From Eledone cirrhosa (taxonomy: Eukaryota): a stretch of DNA of 64,000 nt. Shown piece by piece: positions 1 through 13,589 of the stretch. Where the stretch lies: the NCBI GenBank assembly GCA_964016885.1, contig OZ024740.1, positions 124,434,001 to 124,498,000 on the forward strand, written 5' to 3'. Position 1 is the stretch's first letter. Each line of letters begins with the position of its first letter. The notes beneath the pieces are model-generated. The model saw nothing but the letters and a program-made list of their open reading frames with translations, made no database searches and was not told the DNA's origin. A program made the position numbers and the translations under genes.

Positions 1-423
1 AAATTCATCAAATATATTCCTGTGTTGGTCGATTAAAGATAATAGTGTAAGACATCCTATTAACACTGTCATGTTTACAAACCCTCATGGGTCATCAAAT
101 GAGGTTTACACAAGTTGAATTTCAATTTATAACTTAGAAGGGAAAAAATCTAGTATGTTGTGTACTATTCCGAATATTCATAATTAGATTTTTATCAATG
201 TTGATGTTTAATCTGATAATTTCGGCTTGTATCTCTACAATAGTTGCTGATATATATATATATGTATATATGTGTGTGTGTATGTGTAGGTGTGAAACAG
301 AGGCACATTTATATATGCAACCACACATTCAAATATATCTTATTTTCTGTTGATTCACCACTCTTGTTATATTACCTCCATGCACCAGAAATCTCTCGCC
401 ACCTCTCTTGCTCTCTTTGCATA

Positions 424-862
424 TCATCATCATCATCATCATCAACGTTTAACGTCCGTGTTCCACGCTTGCATGGGTTTGGACGGGGGTAGTCCCACTT
501 GAGGCAAGAGTGATTGTCTTGCTCGCATAGGACTGTCTGGCAGGTTTTCTACAGTTGGATGCCCTTCCTAACGCCAACCACATTTACAGTGTGGGTCTGG
601 GAGGTTTTTACCGTGTTGCCTACACGGCCACATTACAGCGTGGACTGTGTGTTTTTTTGTCGTGACACCTACACGATCTCATTTGTTTCGGCCTCGATGG
701 CGCGGCACCAACATAACTTTACATAGAACGGGGTGGTGTGGATCGGGTGGGGGTGGTGGGACGGGGTGTATTTGTTAGAGATGCCTACTGGCTGGAGTAG
801 GTTTTACTATATATTTAGGTAAGGCGGGTCTTCTCTGTTACTGAGTACCGCCAAAGGTCTCG
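424..862 (-). mobile_element. 5'-truncated RTE LINE 3' end with (GAT)n tail
   Basis: Near-identical reverse complement of ~60620-61063 (ORF end and 3'UTR of the full RTE); begins with (CAT)n. Confidence 0.93.
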
Positions 863-1557
863 ATATATATATTTACAAGATGATGATGTGAGTTTGTGTA
901 ATGCCTTTCCTATGGGAATTAATGACCTTAAGAAAAGTAAAATGCCTCCAACAGGAAAACTGCTCGGGGTCACAAAAACTCCTCATTGACATAAAGCAAG
1001 GTCACACATCATATATTATTGAATATAATGGGATGGTTTGTGACATTGATACCCTTCCCCATAACAGTGCTATTTTATGCTATGAATGTAATCAATAAAC
1101 AAATATACTTCGATTTCCAGTACTTGACTAGAATTTTTCACATATGTAGTAAACCTGATCAGCTCAGGCTTCTGCCACCTACTGGTACCATGTAACCATG
1201 CTTCATGGTTGAATGGTCATCTTTCGCACCAGACACTACTCTGTTAAGGAGGGTAAGTAGAAGCCCAGCATCACAAAACTCAAGAGATGTTAAAAGGGTA
1301 GATGAACTCCTCAGAATCAATGGCCAGCCACCCCAACTGTGGGTTAAATAGCTTCACCAACCTGCAATTGGCCAAGTGTAGGTGTATGGCTACACCCTAG
1401 ACATGATACAACCAAACAGAATGCAATGGAGGTCAACCAGGGAGAGGTTCTTTCAATGAATGTGGTCACCGATCTGTCCAGTTCGGTTGTCGACCAGCAT
1501 ATCAGGAAAAGAATTATACATTTTCTATACATTTTGTATGAGGAGAACATGTTTTGC

Positions 1558-2490
1558 ATCAGCAAAACATACCCTTTTAAGAAAACCCACTGTACTAATA
1601 GGAAATGTATTATATGTAAAGTAAATATCCAGATGAACTGTAAAACTAGAAATGTAGTCTATAGTATAAGATGTACATAGGGTAGTTGCAGAAACATGAC
1701 AACAACATACATAGGCGAGACAGCTCGAAGCATAGGAGAAAGGATAGAGCAACACTGGGGGTAATTAAAAGGACAAAAAAAGGTTCAGTACTATACACAC
1801 ATGCCAAACAACAACTTGACGGTAACATAGACAACATAGAAATTAAAATAATATCTAAACATAAAAATAACCCAGCAGTAGACAAATCAGAGAGGCAAGC
1901 AAGATAGAACTTAGAAAGCCAAAGCTAAACAGAAAAAAATGAATGGAATAACAACACCCAAACAAACAATACTGACTTAAGAGAAATATAAATAAATAAA
2001 TAAATATATACACAAGCACAATAACAACAAACATATAAACACACACTAGTAAACTAAGATAGAATACAATAACTAAAACACAGTCACCTAAACACGAACA
2101 CACACACCAAACACTATACACACACGCAAACGCATACGCAGCGAAGAGAAAAATAAATAAATAAATAAACAGATAAGATAAAAATGGCGTAGACATACAA
2201 TACAACAGGAGGAAACATAATAGTACCACTGATGATGTTGCAGATGTGCAACGAAAGAACTTTGTTAGACTATATATATGTATATATTTCTGTATTTTTG
2301 ACCATTGGTCAGTCAATTATTAACATTCAGGACAAATGAATTAACTGATATAAAAGATACAGAAGCGAAAACCAACTAAATAGTGAGTGTGTTCTGTTAT
2401 TATTTCTGGCAATATTATTACAATAATATGACCCTCCCCAAGTATAACAATATTTGCTTCGACACACCATTTCATATCAAATACCTCGCA
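1558..2490 (+). mobile_element. Decayed 5'-truncated relative of the 4145-bp PLE (Cys linker, GIY-YIG, pLTR)
   Basis: ISKTYPFKKTHCTNRKCIICK...NVVYSIRCT matches the 1209-aa ORF, with stops and frameshifts; continues through CTGATGATGTTGCAGATGTGCAACGAAA and ATGACCCTCCCCAAG, then ends in (AT)n. Confidence 0.93.
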
Positions 2491-2512
2491 ATATATATAT
2501 ATATATATATAT

Positions 2513-2646
2513 AATTCAAAATATTAACAAATGAAGATATTCACCTAATCAAAATATATATAAAGCATATATTTTGATTATGTGAATATATTTTGATATA
2601 TTTTGATTATGTGAATATCTTCATTTGTTAATATTTTGAATAATAT
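2513..2646. repeat. Short foldback related to the 3' part of the HHR element at 6757-6960
   Basis: ATTCAAAATATTAACAAATGAAGATATTCAC / GTGAATATCTTCATTTGTTAATATTTTGAAT inverted arms; similar sequence at 6910-6960. Confidence 0.7.
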
Positions 2647-3049
2647 TAAAAATTCCAGGAAAACTTTTTGTTGTGTGCTTTTAATCTATTGTAAAACTGT
2701 ATTAATTGAGTAATCAATGAACCATATTAATCTTTGCTTATATATATATATGTTAAGTATTTCCGTGAAAAAAGTAAAGGAAAGAAGAGTGCTTTATGTA
2801 TAGTACAGAGCTATTTAATTAATAAACATAATTATATTGTGTTGATTATTACATAATTATATATATATATACACATACTTACATACATACATACATATAT
2901 GTGTGTGTGCGTGTGTGTGTGTTATACATATTTAATTAGAAGAAAGAAGTGTACTGGGGATATGATGAATAATGAGAGAAAGAGAGAGAGAATCAGACAT
3001 TGTATAAGGTGTAGGAAACTATAGAAGAAAATAGCATAAGGCTTAATAA

Positions 3050-3640
3050 TTTGCACTGGTAATGGATGTAAGAATACCATAGAGGTGGTGGTAGTAGTAG
3101 GTTGCTGGTAGTGGGATGAAATGTTGTTGATACTGGCAGCATTATGATGTGTGGGTGTGAGACAGTGTTGGTAGTAGTACAGTATTGGTGTGACAACAGT
3201 ATGACTGTAGTGCGGGTGTTGGTATAGTTGTTGTTGGTGTTTCTTTTCATAGCATGCTTGCTGGTTGTGGCAGTACTAGTTGAAGTGGTTGTGATGTGAG
3301 TAATGTAAGTAATAGATTGGTGGATGTGGTGGTGTGGTTGTTGTTGTGGTTGAGATGATGTTGTTGAGGGTGATGGTAGAAGTGATAGTGTTTATATTGG
3401 TGAGATGTGCCTGATGGTAGCGGTCATTCTGGTCAGTTCATGTTGTTGTTGTAGTTGGTGGTAGTTGTGGTGGTGTTGGTCTTGTAGTTGGTGGCAATGG
3501 TTGTGCTGTTAGCATTGCTATTATTGTTGTTGATGATGTTGTAATTGGTGGCAGTGGTGGTGTTTGTGTAGTTGTTGTTGTTGGTGCTGTTGTTTGTGGT
3601 GGTAATTGTGACAGTTATAGTGATATTGTAGACATCTATG
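3050..3640. repeat. Degenerate (GTG/GTT/GTA)n compound trinucleotide repeat
   Basis: Visible low-complexity triplet runs. Confidence 0.85.
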
Positions 3641-4153
3641 TGCTGTACTGCTGGCACTAGGACTACAGATTTACTTGTCTGGTTGGCAAAGTGTCAAATC
3701 TGTGTGAATATATACTGTGGAGAAAACGGTGGAGGGGAGGGAGGGAAAGGGGAGTAAGTATTAGCTATAAATCCTGAGTGAAAAGAATAGATAAAAATAT
3801 TTAAAAGAAAGCAAGGTAAGGTGGGAGAGATAAAGTTAGGAGTAGATGGATATATAGATATAAAGACATGTATATATATATAAAATGGCTGACTGAATAC
3901 AGGCATGTTTTTTTCTCAAAAAAAGGTTTTTCCTTCCTTCCTCTTCTCACTTGCTATCTTTCTATTCCATCTTTTATTTCTCATTCAGTCTTCTGATTAA
4001 GGACTACTATCCAAAAGATTTAGACTCTTTTTTACTATATCAAACGTCAAACTAATATTTTTTTTTTCATATTACTGTGTCGTTTACTTTATTATTTCTG
4101 TTTGCTTTTCACACACATGCACACACAGACATATATATATATATATATATATA

Positions 4154-4262
<109 letters not shown>

Positions 4263-4375
4263 GTGTATATGTGTATATATATATATATATAATTTAAAGG
4301 GTATCATCATCATCATCATCATCATCATTTTACATCCAATTTTCCCAGCTTGCAATACATATAAAGTAGACAAAG

Positions 4376-4432
<57 letters not shown>

Positions 4433-4794
4433 TTTGGCAACCATTCACGGTGTGACTCGATGAAGAATTAATTAAATAATTAATAATCAGAGCAATATAT
4501 TAAAAAGTAAGTCCATAGAATCATTAGATAAAATATATACAGAATTTTTTCTCCCAATCAGCATAAATCAACCACACAAAAAATCATTTAAACGAGGCTA
4601 TAATTTTAAAATGTACTTATGAAGAAACAATAGATAAATGATATAGCTGCGACTCACAGCTACAAAAATTTTGTATCTAATATTTCTAATAGCCTGTAGA
4701 AATTGACTAGACATATAGCTAACCATACATAATTACGCACAAAATCAAAGTTAGAAGAAAAAAATGTACATAAACCTTACCAAAATCATCAAAA

Positions 4795-4881
4795 TATCTC
4801 TACCCCCGGTGGTTTCATTCCATTTTTTGGATATATCTGATCTTGGATAAATCAACGAGGTTTGGAAATCATCAGGAGATA
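4795..4881 (-). ncRNA. Type-I hammerhead ribozyme motif
   Basis: tatctc-CTGATGA-tttcca...tggaat-GAAA-ccaccggggg-TA-gagata: 6-bp stem I, near-palindromic stem III. Confidence 0.85.
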
Positions 4882-5631
4882 ACTCAATGGACAAAGATTT
4901 TTCTACCATGATTCCCGCCAGAAACGAATTCAAAATAGCTAAGAATCATCACGTGGCTAGTGGTCAAGGCATAAAGTTTGTGATTGGTGCCTGTCGGTGA
5001 GTAGGCTGGTTTCTAGAAAGCGCTGCCAAATACTGCCTAAAATTCAGCTCAACATTACGGGAGTATATAAAATTTAAAGGTATATACATATAAACTAGAC
5101 AAAGTCATATATATAAATATATGTTTTTGGCAACCATTCACGGTGTGGCTTGAGGAAGAATTAATTAAATAATTAATAATCAGAGCAATATATAAAAAGT
5201 AAGTCCATAGTTAAACTTATAGCCTCGTTTAAATGATTTTTTGTGTGGTTGATTTATGCTGATTGGGAGAAGAAATACTGTATATATTTTATCTAATGAT
5301 TCTATGGACTTACTTTTTTATATATTGCTCTGATTATAAATTATTTATTTAATTCTTCATCGAGCCACACCGTGAATGGTTGCCAAAAACATATATATAT
5401 ATCTATGACTTTGTCTAGTTTATATGTATATACCCTTTAAATTTTATATACTCCCGTAAGGTTGAGTAAAACTTTAGGCAGTATTCGGCTGCGCTTTCTA
5501 GGAACCGGCCTACTCGCCGACAGGCACCAATCACAAACTTTCTGCCTTGACCACTAGCCACGTGATGATTCTTAGCCATTTTAAATTCGTTTCTGACTGG
5601 GATCATGGTAGAAAATCTTTGTCCATTGAGT

Positions 5632-5717
5632 TATCTCCTGATGATTTCCAAACTTCGTTGATTTATCCAAGATCAGATATATCCAAAAATGGAATGAAAC
5701 CGCCGGGATTAGAGATA
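5632..5717 (+). ncRNA. Hammerhead ribozyme motif (stem III degenerate)
   Basis: tatctc-CTGATGA-tttcca...tggaat-GAAA-ccgccgggat-TA-gagata. Confidence 0.75.
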
Positions 5718-6043
5718 TTTTGATGATTTTGGTAAGGTATACATTTTTCCTTCTAACTTTGATTTTGTACCTAATTATGTATGGTTAGCTATATGTCTAG
5801 TCAATTTCTACAGGCTATTAGAAATATTAGATAATTTTTTTGTAGCTGTGAGTCGCGCATAAGAAGCTATATCATTTATCTATTGTTTCTTCATAAGTAC
5901 ATTTTAAACTTATAGCCTCGTTTAAATGTTTTTTTGTGTGGTTGATTTATGCTGATTGGGAGAAAAAATAGTGTATATATTTTATCTAATGATTCAGTCA
6001 CAAATAAAGATATATATATATATTTATTAAAATAACAGATTAA

Positions 6044-6094
6044 AGTTTAAGCAAAGAATAGCTGCTTTCACCCTTAACAGGATCTTCTGAAACT
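6044..6094 (-). ncRNA. Hammerhead-like motif with CAGAAGA core variant
   Basis: agttt-CAGAAGA-tcctgttaagggt-GAAA-gca...tgc-TT-aaact; same family as 30511-30560. Confidence 0.6.
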
Positions 6095-6184
6095 AACAAA
6101 GACAATCTGTGAACGCAGAAGTGAATATTTAAAAAAACGTTGCAACCGGAGGAAGACAGGAAGACGATACTTTGGTTCGTGGAA

Positions 6185-6449
6185 ACGTTCCCTGACAAAG
6201 AACGGGAAAAAAGAATATAATACGTCATTATTTGGAGCGATGAACAACAATTACACGCAAAGACAAAACCACGTTTATGGTATAAAAGAAGTCGTAGACT
6301 AATATTCTATTAGGTGGTTCATAGAGACGTTCTCTGGCAATGAACGGAAAAAACGAAGATAATACGTCATATGTGGAGCGAGGAGAACAATTGCACGCAA
6401 AGACAAAACCACGTAAATGGTATAACTGAAGTCGTAGACTAAAATTCTA
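6185..6449. repeat. Imperfect two-copy tandem duplication, period ~140 bp
   Basis: CACGCAAAGACAAAACCACGT..ATGGTATAA..GAAGTCGTAGACTAA occurs twice. Confidence 0.8.
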
Positions 6450-6635
6450 ACTAGGAAACCGAATGATTCTCGGCTTCAGAAAGTGTTTGTGGCGAGTGTT
6501 TTCGCGTATGCTTGTGTATGTACGTATATGGATGCGTGTATGTATTTATTCAATTTTTAATTTCAATTACCTCTGTATTTTATTTACTTTATTGTTAACT
6601 CTGTATATATATATATATGTATATATATATGTATA

Positions 6636-6700
<65 letters not shown>

Positions 6701-6704
6701 ATAC

Positions 6705-6756
<52 letters not shown>

Positions 6757-6760
<4 letters not shown>

Positions 6761-6960
6761 TTCAATTCCGGTATTGGCAGTATTGACTGCCAATACTGGA
6801 ATTGAACCATCAAGACAGTTGAGGTATGTCATACATCAATTCATTTATTTTATCTGACGAGGACGTACTGAAAAACACCACAGTACCTTCGAAATATATA
6901 TAATAAAACATATATTTTGATTATGTGAATGTCTTAATTTATTAATATTTTGAATAATAT
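6757..6960 (+). mobile_element. Mini PLE-derived insert in (TA)n: 5' hairpin inversion plus HHR
   Basis: Hairpin ATGGTTCAATTCCGGTATTGGCAG/CTGCCAATACTGGAATTGAACCAT followed by an HHR; flanked by (TA)n. Confidence 0.75.
6848..6908 (+). ncRNA. Minimal type-I hammerhead ribozyme
   Basis: ttttat-CTGACGA-ggacgtactg...cagtaccttc-GAAA-tatata-TA-ataaaa; canonical core, palindromic stem III. Confidence 0.88.
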
Positions 6961-6969
6961 ATATATACA

Positions 6970-7172
6970 TAACAAAGAAGGTGTGTTAAGATACCAGGTG
7001 GACCATAACGCACTAGAGTACTCAATACTTAGAGTAGTAGAGTGGGTAATATGAAAAGAGTCAAAACCCAGATGGCTGAGCTCCGGCCGTTTCGACAGCT
7101 AGATCTGAACAGTTCGGATCTAGCTGTCAAAACGACTAGAGCTCAGCCGTCGGGGTCCTGACTCCTTTCATA
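6970..7172 (-). mobile_element. Foldback PLE-terminus fragment
   Basis: Imperfect palindrome ~7052-7170 centred near 7110; tail CTACTCTAAGTATTGAGTAC on the minus strand; related pieces at ~20628 and ~24561. Confidence 0.6.
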
Positions 7173-7256
7173 TATATATTCATACATATGCCAGATACAG
7201 CTGTGGGAAGTTTAATATATATATATATATATATATGCCATCTGGCAGGAAGCTAT

Positions 7257-7299
7257 ACGATGCTGATGATAGCTACTAAGCTTAAAACTAGTACATCGT
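7257..7299 (+). ncRNA. Hammerhead motif with mutated GAAA (probably inactive)
   Basis: acgatg-CTGATGA-t-agct-acta-agct-t-AAAA-ctag-TA-catcgt; perfect 6-bp stem I and palindromic CTAG. Confidence 0.7.
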
Positions 7300-7518
7300 T
7301 CCTGTGTCAGTGTTGAAAGAAAAGGTGACGTGGTTGCCTAAACACTGTACGGCGTAATTCGGGCTGTTTGTTTGTTTACAAACAAACAAACCGAGCATTA
7401 TAATAAATGTTCGGTAAACCGATACGTGCATATATATGTGTGCATGTATGTATATATATATACATACTACTGTACGTCTGTATACATATATGTATGTACG
7501 TATACATACATACATACT

Positions 7519-7557
<39 letters not shown>

Positions 7558-7690
7558 GTAGAACACTGGAAGGTAATATCCGTAGTGGTAGAGCACTCAG
7601 TCCATGGGACGAGTTAGTTAGAAGTGGTTACACAACAGTTAGTTCACCATACCGAGAACAATTGTTTCACCTTAGCGGATCCTCATCTTT

Positions 7691-7737
<47 letters not shown>

Positions 7738-8417
7738 CATCATCATCAATGTTTAATGTCTACTTTCTATGATAGCATGGCTTAGATGGGTTGTCCCATT
7801 GTGAGACAATTCAGATCAAATATATGTATGTATATATGTGTGTGGGTGTGTATGTGTGTGGGTACGTGTATGTGTGTGTGTATGTAATAGATATGTTCAC
7901 TCTAAAAGTAAGGTGACAGAACCAAACAGAAAAACTGAGAGAGAGGGAGGAGGAGGGAAATAAAAGAAAGAGAATTACTAAAACAAATATAATGACTAAT
8001 AAACAAAATGAGAATGAACCATTTCAAAACCTTATCTCTAATAAAATACATTACCTTTTATTTCCAAATAATTTGGACAATAATGAAGAATTTGCAAAGT
8101 TTTGTAATATAATTTTCTCCTTATCAAGCTGTTATTTCGAACGTAATATAACAAAGATTCCTACATAAAATTATGAGAAATATAAATACTTAAATAAACA
8201 GCTTTGTGGTGTAGAAACAAGGGAAGTTTCAGGCAATTTGGTATCAAAAGTGTTAAAACAGAGAGTTGTAGAAATAAGGAGATATAGAACAAATTATAAA
8301 AGGAAGGGACTGAGAATAGAAGATAGGAAATTGATTGACTGACAAGTAAGTAGGTAAATAAATAGATAGTTAATTAGATAGTTAGATAGATAAATGATTG
8401 ATAAATAGATAGATAGA

Positions 8418-8915
8418 TATCTTTCTTTATTTGCCACATGGGCGTACAAAAGTGGGACATTACAAGACGTGACGGCGGGGGTTTTACATAAAAATCATAT
8501 AACTTTAACATTAATAAATAACAATAAACTATATATAATAAAATAACAATTGAAATCCCCAATAGGGGGGACGTTACTGCAGGGTTGTTTTACACCCCGT
8601 GGATAGAACAACCCTCAACACCAGGAACACGTTTTGTAGGTGTTTCTGTCTTCCCTCTGTTAATCTTCCTCAACCTACAGGTTCATATACAGGTTCATTC
8701 ACTCGGGCCATTTTCACCACATTCACCCACCTTTCAGCGAATTTACTGGGGTGTAGCACCTCTCTCTTCACTCTCACCTCCCTTCTGAAGTGGTACTTAA
8801 AGAAGGGGATAATTTGTTGTCCAGAGAGAAAGGTGTTTGCCCTCACTCCTTTTAACCTCGTCCACCATATTACCTCTTTCGCCATAGCCACCAGACAGAG
8901 GAAAACCGCCATAGA
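8418..8915 (-). mobile_element. 5'-truncated L1/Tx1-like LINE 3' end inserted in a (TAGA)n microsatellite
   Basis: VAMAKEVIWWTRLKG...FFKYHFRREVRVKRE...FAERW resembles the Tx1 ORF2 C-terminus; (GATA)n on both flanks. Confidence 0.6.
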
Positions 8916-8943
8916 TGAATAGATAGATCGATAGACACATTGT

Positions 8944-8975
<32 letters not shown>

Positions 8976-9696
8976 AAGAAAAACACATAGCTATCTAGAT
9001 AGATTGATAGACGAATGGATATATATGTGATAAATATAGATAGAAATAGAGAGTGTGGGATGAGGAAGAAAAGGTGGGATTAGATGGCAGCAGATGTTTA
9101 AACTTAGTGATTAGTCAGTTGTAAATTAAGGGAGGAGAAGACTGGAGTATTGTTGAAGGGGGAGGTCATTGGTGGTGTCTGAGAGAAGTAGTTGGAAAGC
9201 CATTATGCCATTTGATTGGCTTAATTACTCAAGCTCTGTTGTATGCTTAATTATTGATGTTGGCATGAAATAGAAGATGAATTGAAGATCATGTTGTATA
9301 AGCATGCTCATATACATAAACACATAACATGTATATATAAATAAGCATCCATAACTATATACATACTTACTTACATACATATGCATGCATACATTCATAC
9401 ATATATATACATACAAACATACGTACATACATGCATATATGCACACATAAATCATCATCACCATCATTATGTTAGATCTGCTTATCTTGCTGGTATGGTT
9501 TGGATGCATGTAAGCATATGTACATACACACACACACACATACACACACACACACATATATATATATAATTTCTCACACACATTCACACACGTAAATGCT
9601 TATAAATATATATGTATACCACCTTAATACATATCTTCCTATCTATTTATCTATATCTAGACATACATGCATACGTAAGTATATGTTACATATTAT

Positions 9697-9815
9697 ATAT
9701 AATTGTTTCTACTTTTGGTACAAGGCCAGCAATTATTCCAGTGTATTACTAGTACTTTATTTTATCGACCCCGTAAGTATGAAAGGTAAAGTTAACCTTG
9801 GCGGGATTTGAACTC
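9697..9815 (-). mobile_element. Truncated tRNA-derived SINE
   Basis: Matches the 3' part of the copy at 25013-25205. Confidence 0.8.
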
Positions 9816-10284
9816 ATATTATATATAATATATAATATATATATGTGTGTGTGTACATTCATAGAGATACAACTCATGTATCTCATTAATAATTCAAATC
9901 AAACAAAGTCCCCTTGACAAATGTCAATGAAACATGACAAGAAAATTTGAGTAGACATGGTTTTTGGTTCATCAAATGTATAACCTCTACTATATGTAGT
10001 AGTTGATATTTTGTGTGGACTTTGTTGGATGACACTCATGTGGGGAAAGAGTGAGTAGAAAGTTAATTCCAAAGGTTAATTATTCTGGAAAGAAACAATT
10101 AACCAACATATTTTGCACAAGTTTGCAATAGAGATGTTAAAACTTAACTTCCTTTAATGATTTTTCAACTTTTTATACTATCTTTACTACTGGACAGATC
10201 ATTGTGAAAATTTGGTATGTGAAACTAAAAACTTTTATATTTTATGTGCTGTAGTCAATTATGCTAATTATAATGTTCTGTGGG

Positions 10285-10640
10285 CATCATAATCATAATT
10301 TATCATCATCTTCATAATCATCATCCTTTAACATCCATTGTCTACACTAGCATGGGTTAGACGGAGTTGCTCCTTTGTGAGATAAGTCAGATCAGATGAC
10401 CGTGTATTGTCCATGCAGAACTTTTTCTGGCTTGATTTCTATGGCTGGATGCCCTTCCTAACACCATCCACATTTAGAGTGTGGACTGAGTGTTTTTTTA
10501 TCATGACACCAAAACTACCACCTTACAGATTAAACTGGGTACTTTTTGTCTTGTCACCATACAGTTTAGGTTGGGTGCTTTTAGTTATGTAACCAACATG
10601 ATCACTTTACAGAGTAGACTAGGTGCTTTGTTGTTAATTT
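10285..10640 (-). mobile_element. Diverged RTE 3'UTR fragment
   Basis: (CAT)n plus GCATGGGTTAGACGG...GGATGCCCTTCCTAACACC motifs shared with the RTE tail. Confidence 0.7.
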
Positions 10641-11236
10641 GTTGCATGATAATTAGAGGTATATATCTTACATGTTTGAAATCATTGCTCTGTTCTACTT
10701 TTCAAGAATATCATGCATTTTCATATAGAACAAGTTTTATGAGTTAAACAATGTTTATTCAAGTGTATTAGTTGAGTCATCAAAGTAAGGATTTGCAGCT
10801 TCTCATGATTTAGAGACATTGATGGCTGTATGAGGTGACATTTAGTGGCTGAACAAAATCTGAGATTCAAGTGTCGGTTGAGGGTATGGCTTGGTGATGA
10901 TTTAAACTAGTGCTAGCAGATTTAGAATACCAAATATTTCACCATCAGTCCTAATGATGTCAGTGTAGAACTGCAAAATTATTTACTAATTATCGGCATT
11001 AAAATCACTGAGGATGATGACTTCAGAGAAATAGCAATGTGATATGAGATAGTTCAACAACTTCAATGGAACAGTTAAGTGAGCAGTTAATTTAGCAGGT
11101 GGTACTTAAAATTTGTTATGTCCATGTGAGATTTTAGTAGGAAGAGCAGATTCTCTGTAAGTCCAGACACCATCTTCCAGAGTGTAGTCTAAGCAGGATG
11201 AGTAATTTAAATAATTCAATCCTATATTATAAACAT

Positions 11237-11450
11237 TGGTGGATTGGCAGTATCAGTAGATCATCAGACACCCTGTTTCATGGCATGGAGTCACAACCCT
11301 TTATGTTCTGAATTCAAATCCTGCCAAGGTTAGCTTTGCCTTTCATCCTTATGGGGCTGATAAAATAAAGTACCAGTCATGCACTGGAGGACAATATAAT
11401 CGACTTTCCCCTCCCCCGAATTTACTGGCCTTGTGCCTAAATCAGAAGCC
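11237..11450 (+). mobile_element. tRNA-derived SINE
   Basis: GGTGGATTGGCAGTATC head, TTCAAATCC B-box, CTTTGCCTTTCATCCTT...GATAAAATAAAGTACCAG body. Confidence 0.85.
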
Positions 11451-11569
11451 CTTATTCAAAAAGAGAAACAAAGCTAAATATGGAACATCTTATTCAAAAT
11501 TTCAACGAAATTATACTCATACAATCTAGGAAACTATATAATTGAAAAATGTGTTATGATAAAAAAGCA

Positions 11570-12200
11570 TCTATAGGAATACAGGTTTTATTGAAAATAC
11601 TCCATTGATAATCCTGCAAGTATTAGCTATAAAATACCTCTCCTTAATCCGATGACATTTCCTAAACAACTACAAGTACCGTAAACTCTTCAAATTCCAT
11701 GAGGTTAAAATTAGCTACTCCTGTCTGGATAGTATAAACATGCTACAACAGAAGAAAACAAGTACCTGCAAAGGCCTCACTAATGTACCAGCTTAGAACA
11801 GTTAAAACCCTACCAATTATCCTCTGCAGGGATCCTAACTCTCAAAGGCTGTAATATACAGAGTCACTCTTACACCATTGGGCAGTAACATGAGGAACTA
11901 CACAGGCCTTAGCCAACAATTTTGAAGGCAGATACACTTAGCATATGAACAGAAACATAGAAAATTCCACCACCTTGTCTCATTTCATCTGGAAGCTTTG
12001 AGACGAAAAGCACACTGTCCCTAATATCACAGAGCATACTTGAAAGGCTACCTCATTGTTCTTCTGGGGCTCACAACAAAATTTGCTCCTATATAGTGTT
12101 GCCTATATTGCTGTAATTTACGCTATCCATTAATTGGGAAAAGCCCTGTTAAACAATTTCATTCCACTAACTTGTGGTAACCTACAAACTCCATTGTGGG
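11570..12200 (+). pseudogene. Highly decayed Hydra-like PLE (thumb/linker/GIY-YIG remnant)
   Basis: Fragments HFPKQ, KYRKLFKFHEVKISYSCL, YPLQGS*LSKAVIYRV, NNFEGRY and STTLSHFIWKL parallel the 46725-47897 protein. Confidence 0.75.
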
Positions 12201-12967
12201 CTCGCTGACCTATGTGCATGTGCAGAGAAACAACCCTCCTCTTTGATCAAGCATTACATATATTTTAAAAGGATTCCTGCATAAACCACACAATAGCATC
12301 ACATATGTACTGAGCTTTCAGAAAACAACATGTTCCCTAATACCACTAATTTACCACTACACCTACATCCTAACTTCACTGGTGCCTTCAGTAACCAATG
12401 GAGTTCTTTTATAAAATATGGTGTCACATCTCAAAATTTTAATTTACAAAGCTGTTTATACAAAAGTAAAACACACTAAGTGAACAAAAATGGAAATGAA
12501 AATAAGGAAAAGAAAAAAGAATCAAGCAATGAAAAAGGGGAAAAGAAGAGGGACAGCCACTATATCCCAGGTTGAGTGGTATGTCAGCTGTGCCCCACAG
12601 GCAAAAGGACAAACGTATTACCACAGATGCTGACCAGTGACACCCACTGCAACAGCAACCATTACCTCATGGGGCTCCCTCTTCAAGCTGGCTGCCATCT
12701 TCCCAACATTTCAGAGGAAATCAGCAGTGTAAGAAACAAGGAAACCAGAGGATTTGACAGAACCAGTACAAAGAGGGAGCATTCAATGAGACCCCAGTAT
12801 TTAATTTATTCATTCAGAAAACACCTGATGAGTTAGACATGTTAATATCTACAAAACAACAATAATGCACAAGTAATGCTCTCTCTCTCTTAATACAGAT
12901 ATTCTTAATTTCCACAGTATGCATTAATTTCTCTTTTTATTCTCCACTACCTGCATCTGTACATTCA

Positions 12968-13094
<127 letters not shown>

Positions 13095-13109
13095 ATAAAT
13101 ATATATATA

Positions 13110-13540
13110 TGCAGAGGTTATATTTAATTTGTTGGGATTCAACAAGCTTAAACATTTTTATAACTGATATAAAGCACTCAACAATTTAGTGGAGTAAATA
13201 CACAATATATTAATAAATGGAAACTATATTTATAAAACCATATTTATTTTATTTTACCTATTTCAAGGGCAACCAAGACAAATTATGTAGCGCTTTCATC
13301 AGGTAAAATACAGATTTGTTTTATGAATAAATATTGACATACACAGAAAAAAGACAACCTTAACTATCCAGGAAGCTCCAACCGTTGCGGTTGTCTTTTT
13401 TCCGGGTATGCCAATATTTATTTATAAAACAAATCTGTATTTTATCTGATGAAAGCGCACCATAATTTGCCTTGGTTGCCTTGAAATATGTATAATAAAA
13501 TAAATATGGTTTTATAAATATAGTTTCCATTTATTAATAT

Positions 13541-13545
<5 letters not shown>
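13110..13545. mobile_element. HHR foldback element in (TA)n; older relative of 44478-45375
   Basis: Arms ~13200-13360 and ~13390-13545 are inverted; extra tail on the left side. Confidence 0.85.
13440..13500 (+). ncRNA. Minimal hammerhead motif
   Basis: ttttat-CTGATGA-aagcg...gcctt-GAAA-tatgta-TA-ataaaa. Confidence 0.8.

Positions 13546-13589
<44 letters not shown>

Larger units (their letters stand above)
4290..5995. mobile_element. Non-coding HHR-bearing element with ~693-bp monomer, partial tandem on both strands (foldback, junction ~5210)
   Basis: TTTTTGGCAACCATTCACGG at ~4430 and ~5124; TATAGCCTCGTTTAAATG at ~5219 and ~5911; 5215-5995 is the reverse complement of left-arm sequence; one HHR per arm; no PLE ORF. 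Confidence 0.85.

Noticed and set aside
1340-1557. Possible decayed GIY-YIG fragment on the minus strand
   Set aside because: Only vague motif resemblance across frameshifts; cannot be supported without an alignment
3050-3640. Possible remnant of the PLE Asn-rich region
   Set aside because: Similar composition only, with no unique flanking PLE sequence
7052-7170. Complete HHR in the palindrome
   Set aside because: Only a GAAA-CGGCCG half is present; the CUGANGA core is missing
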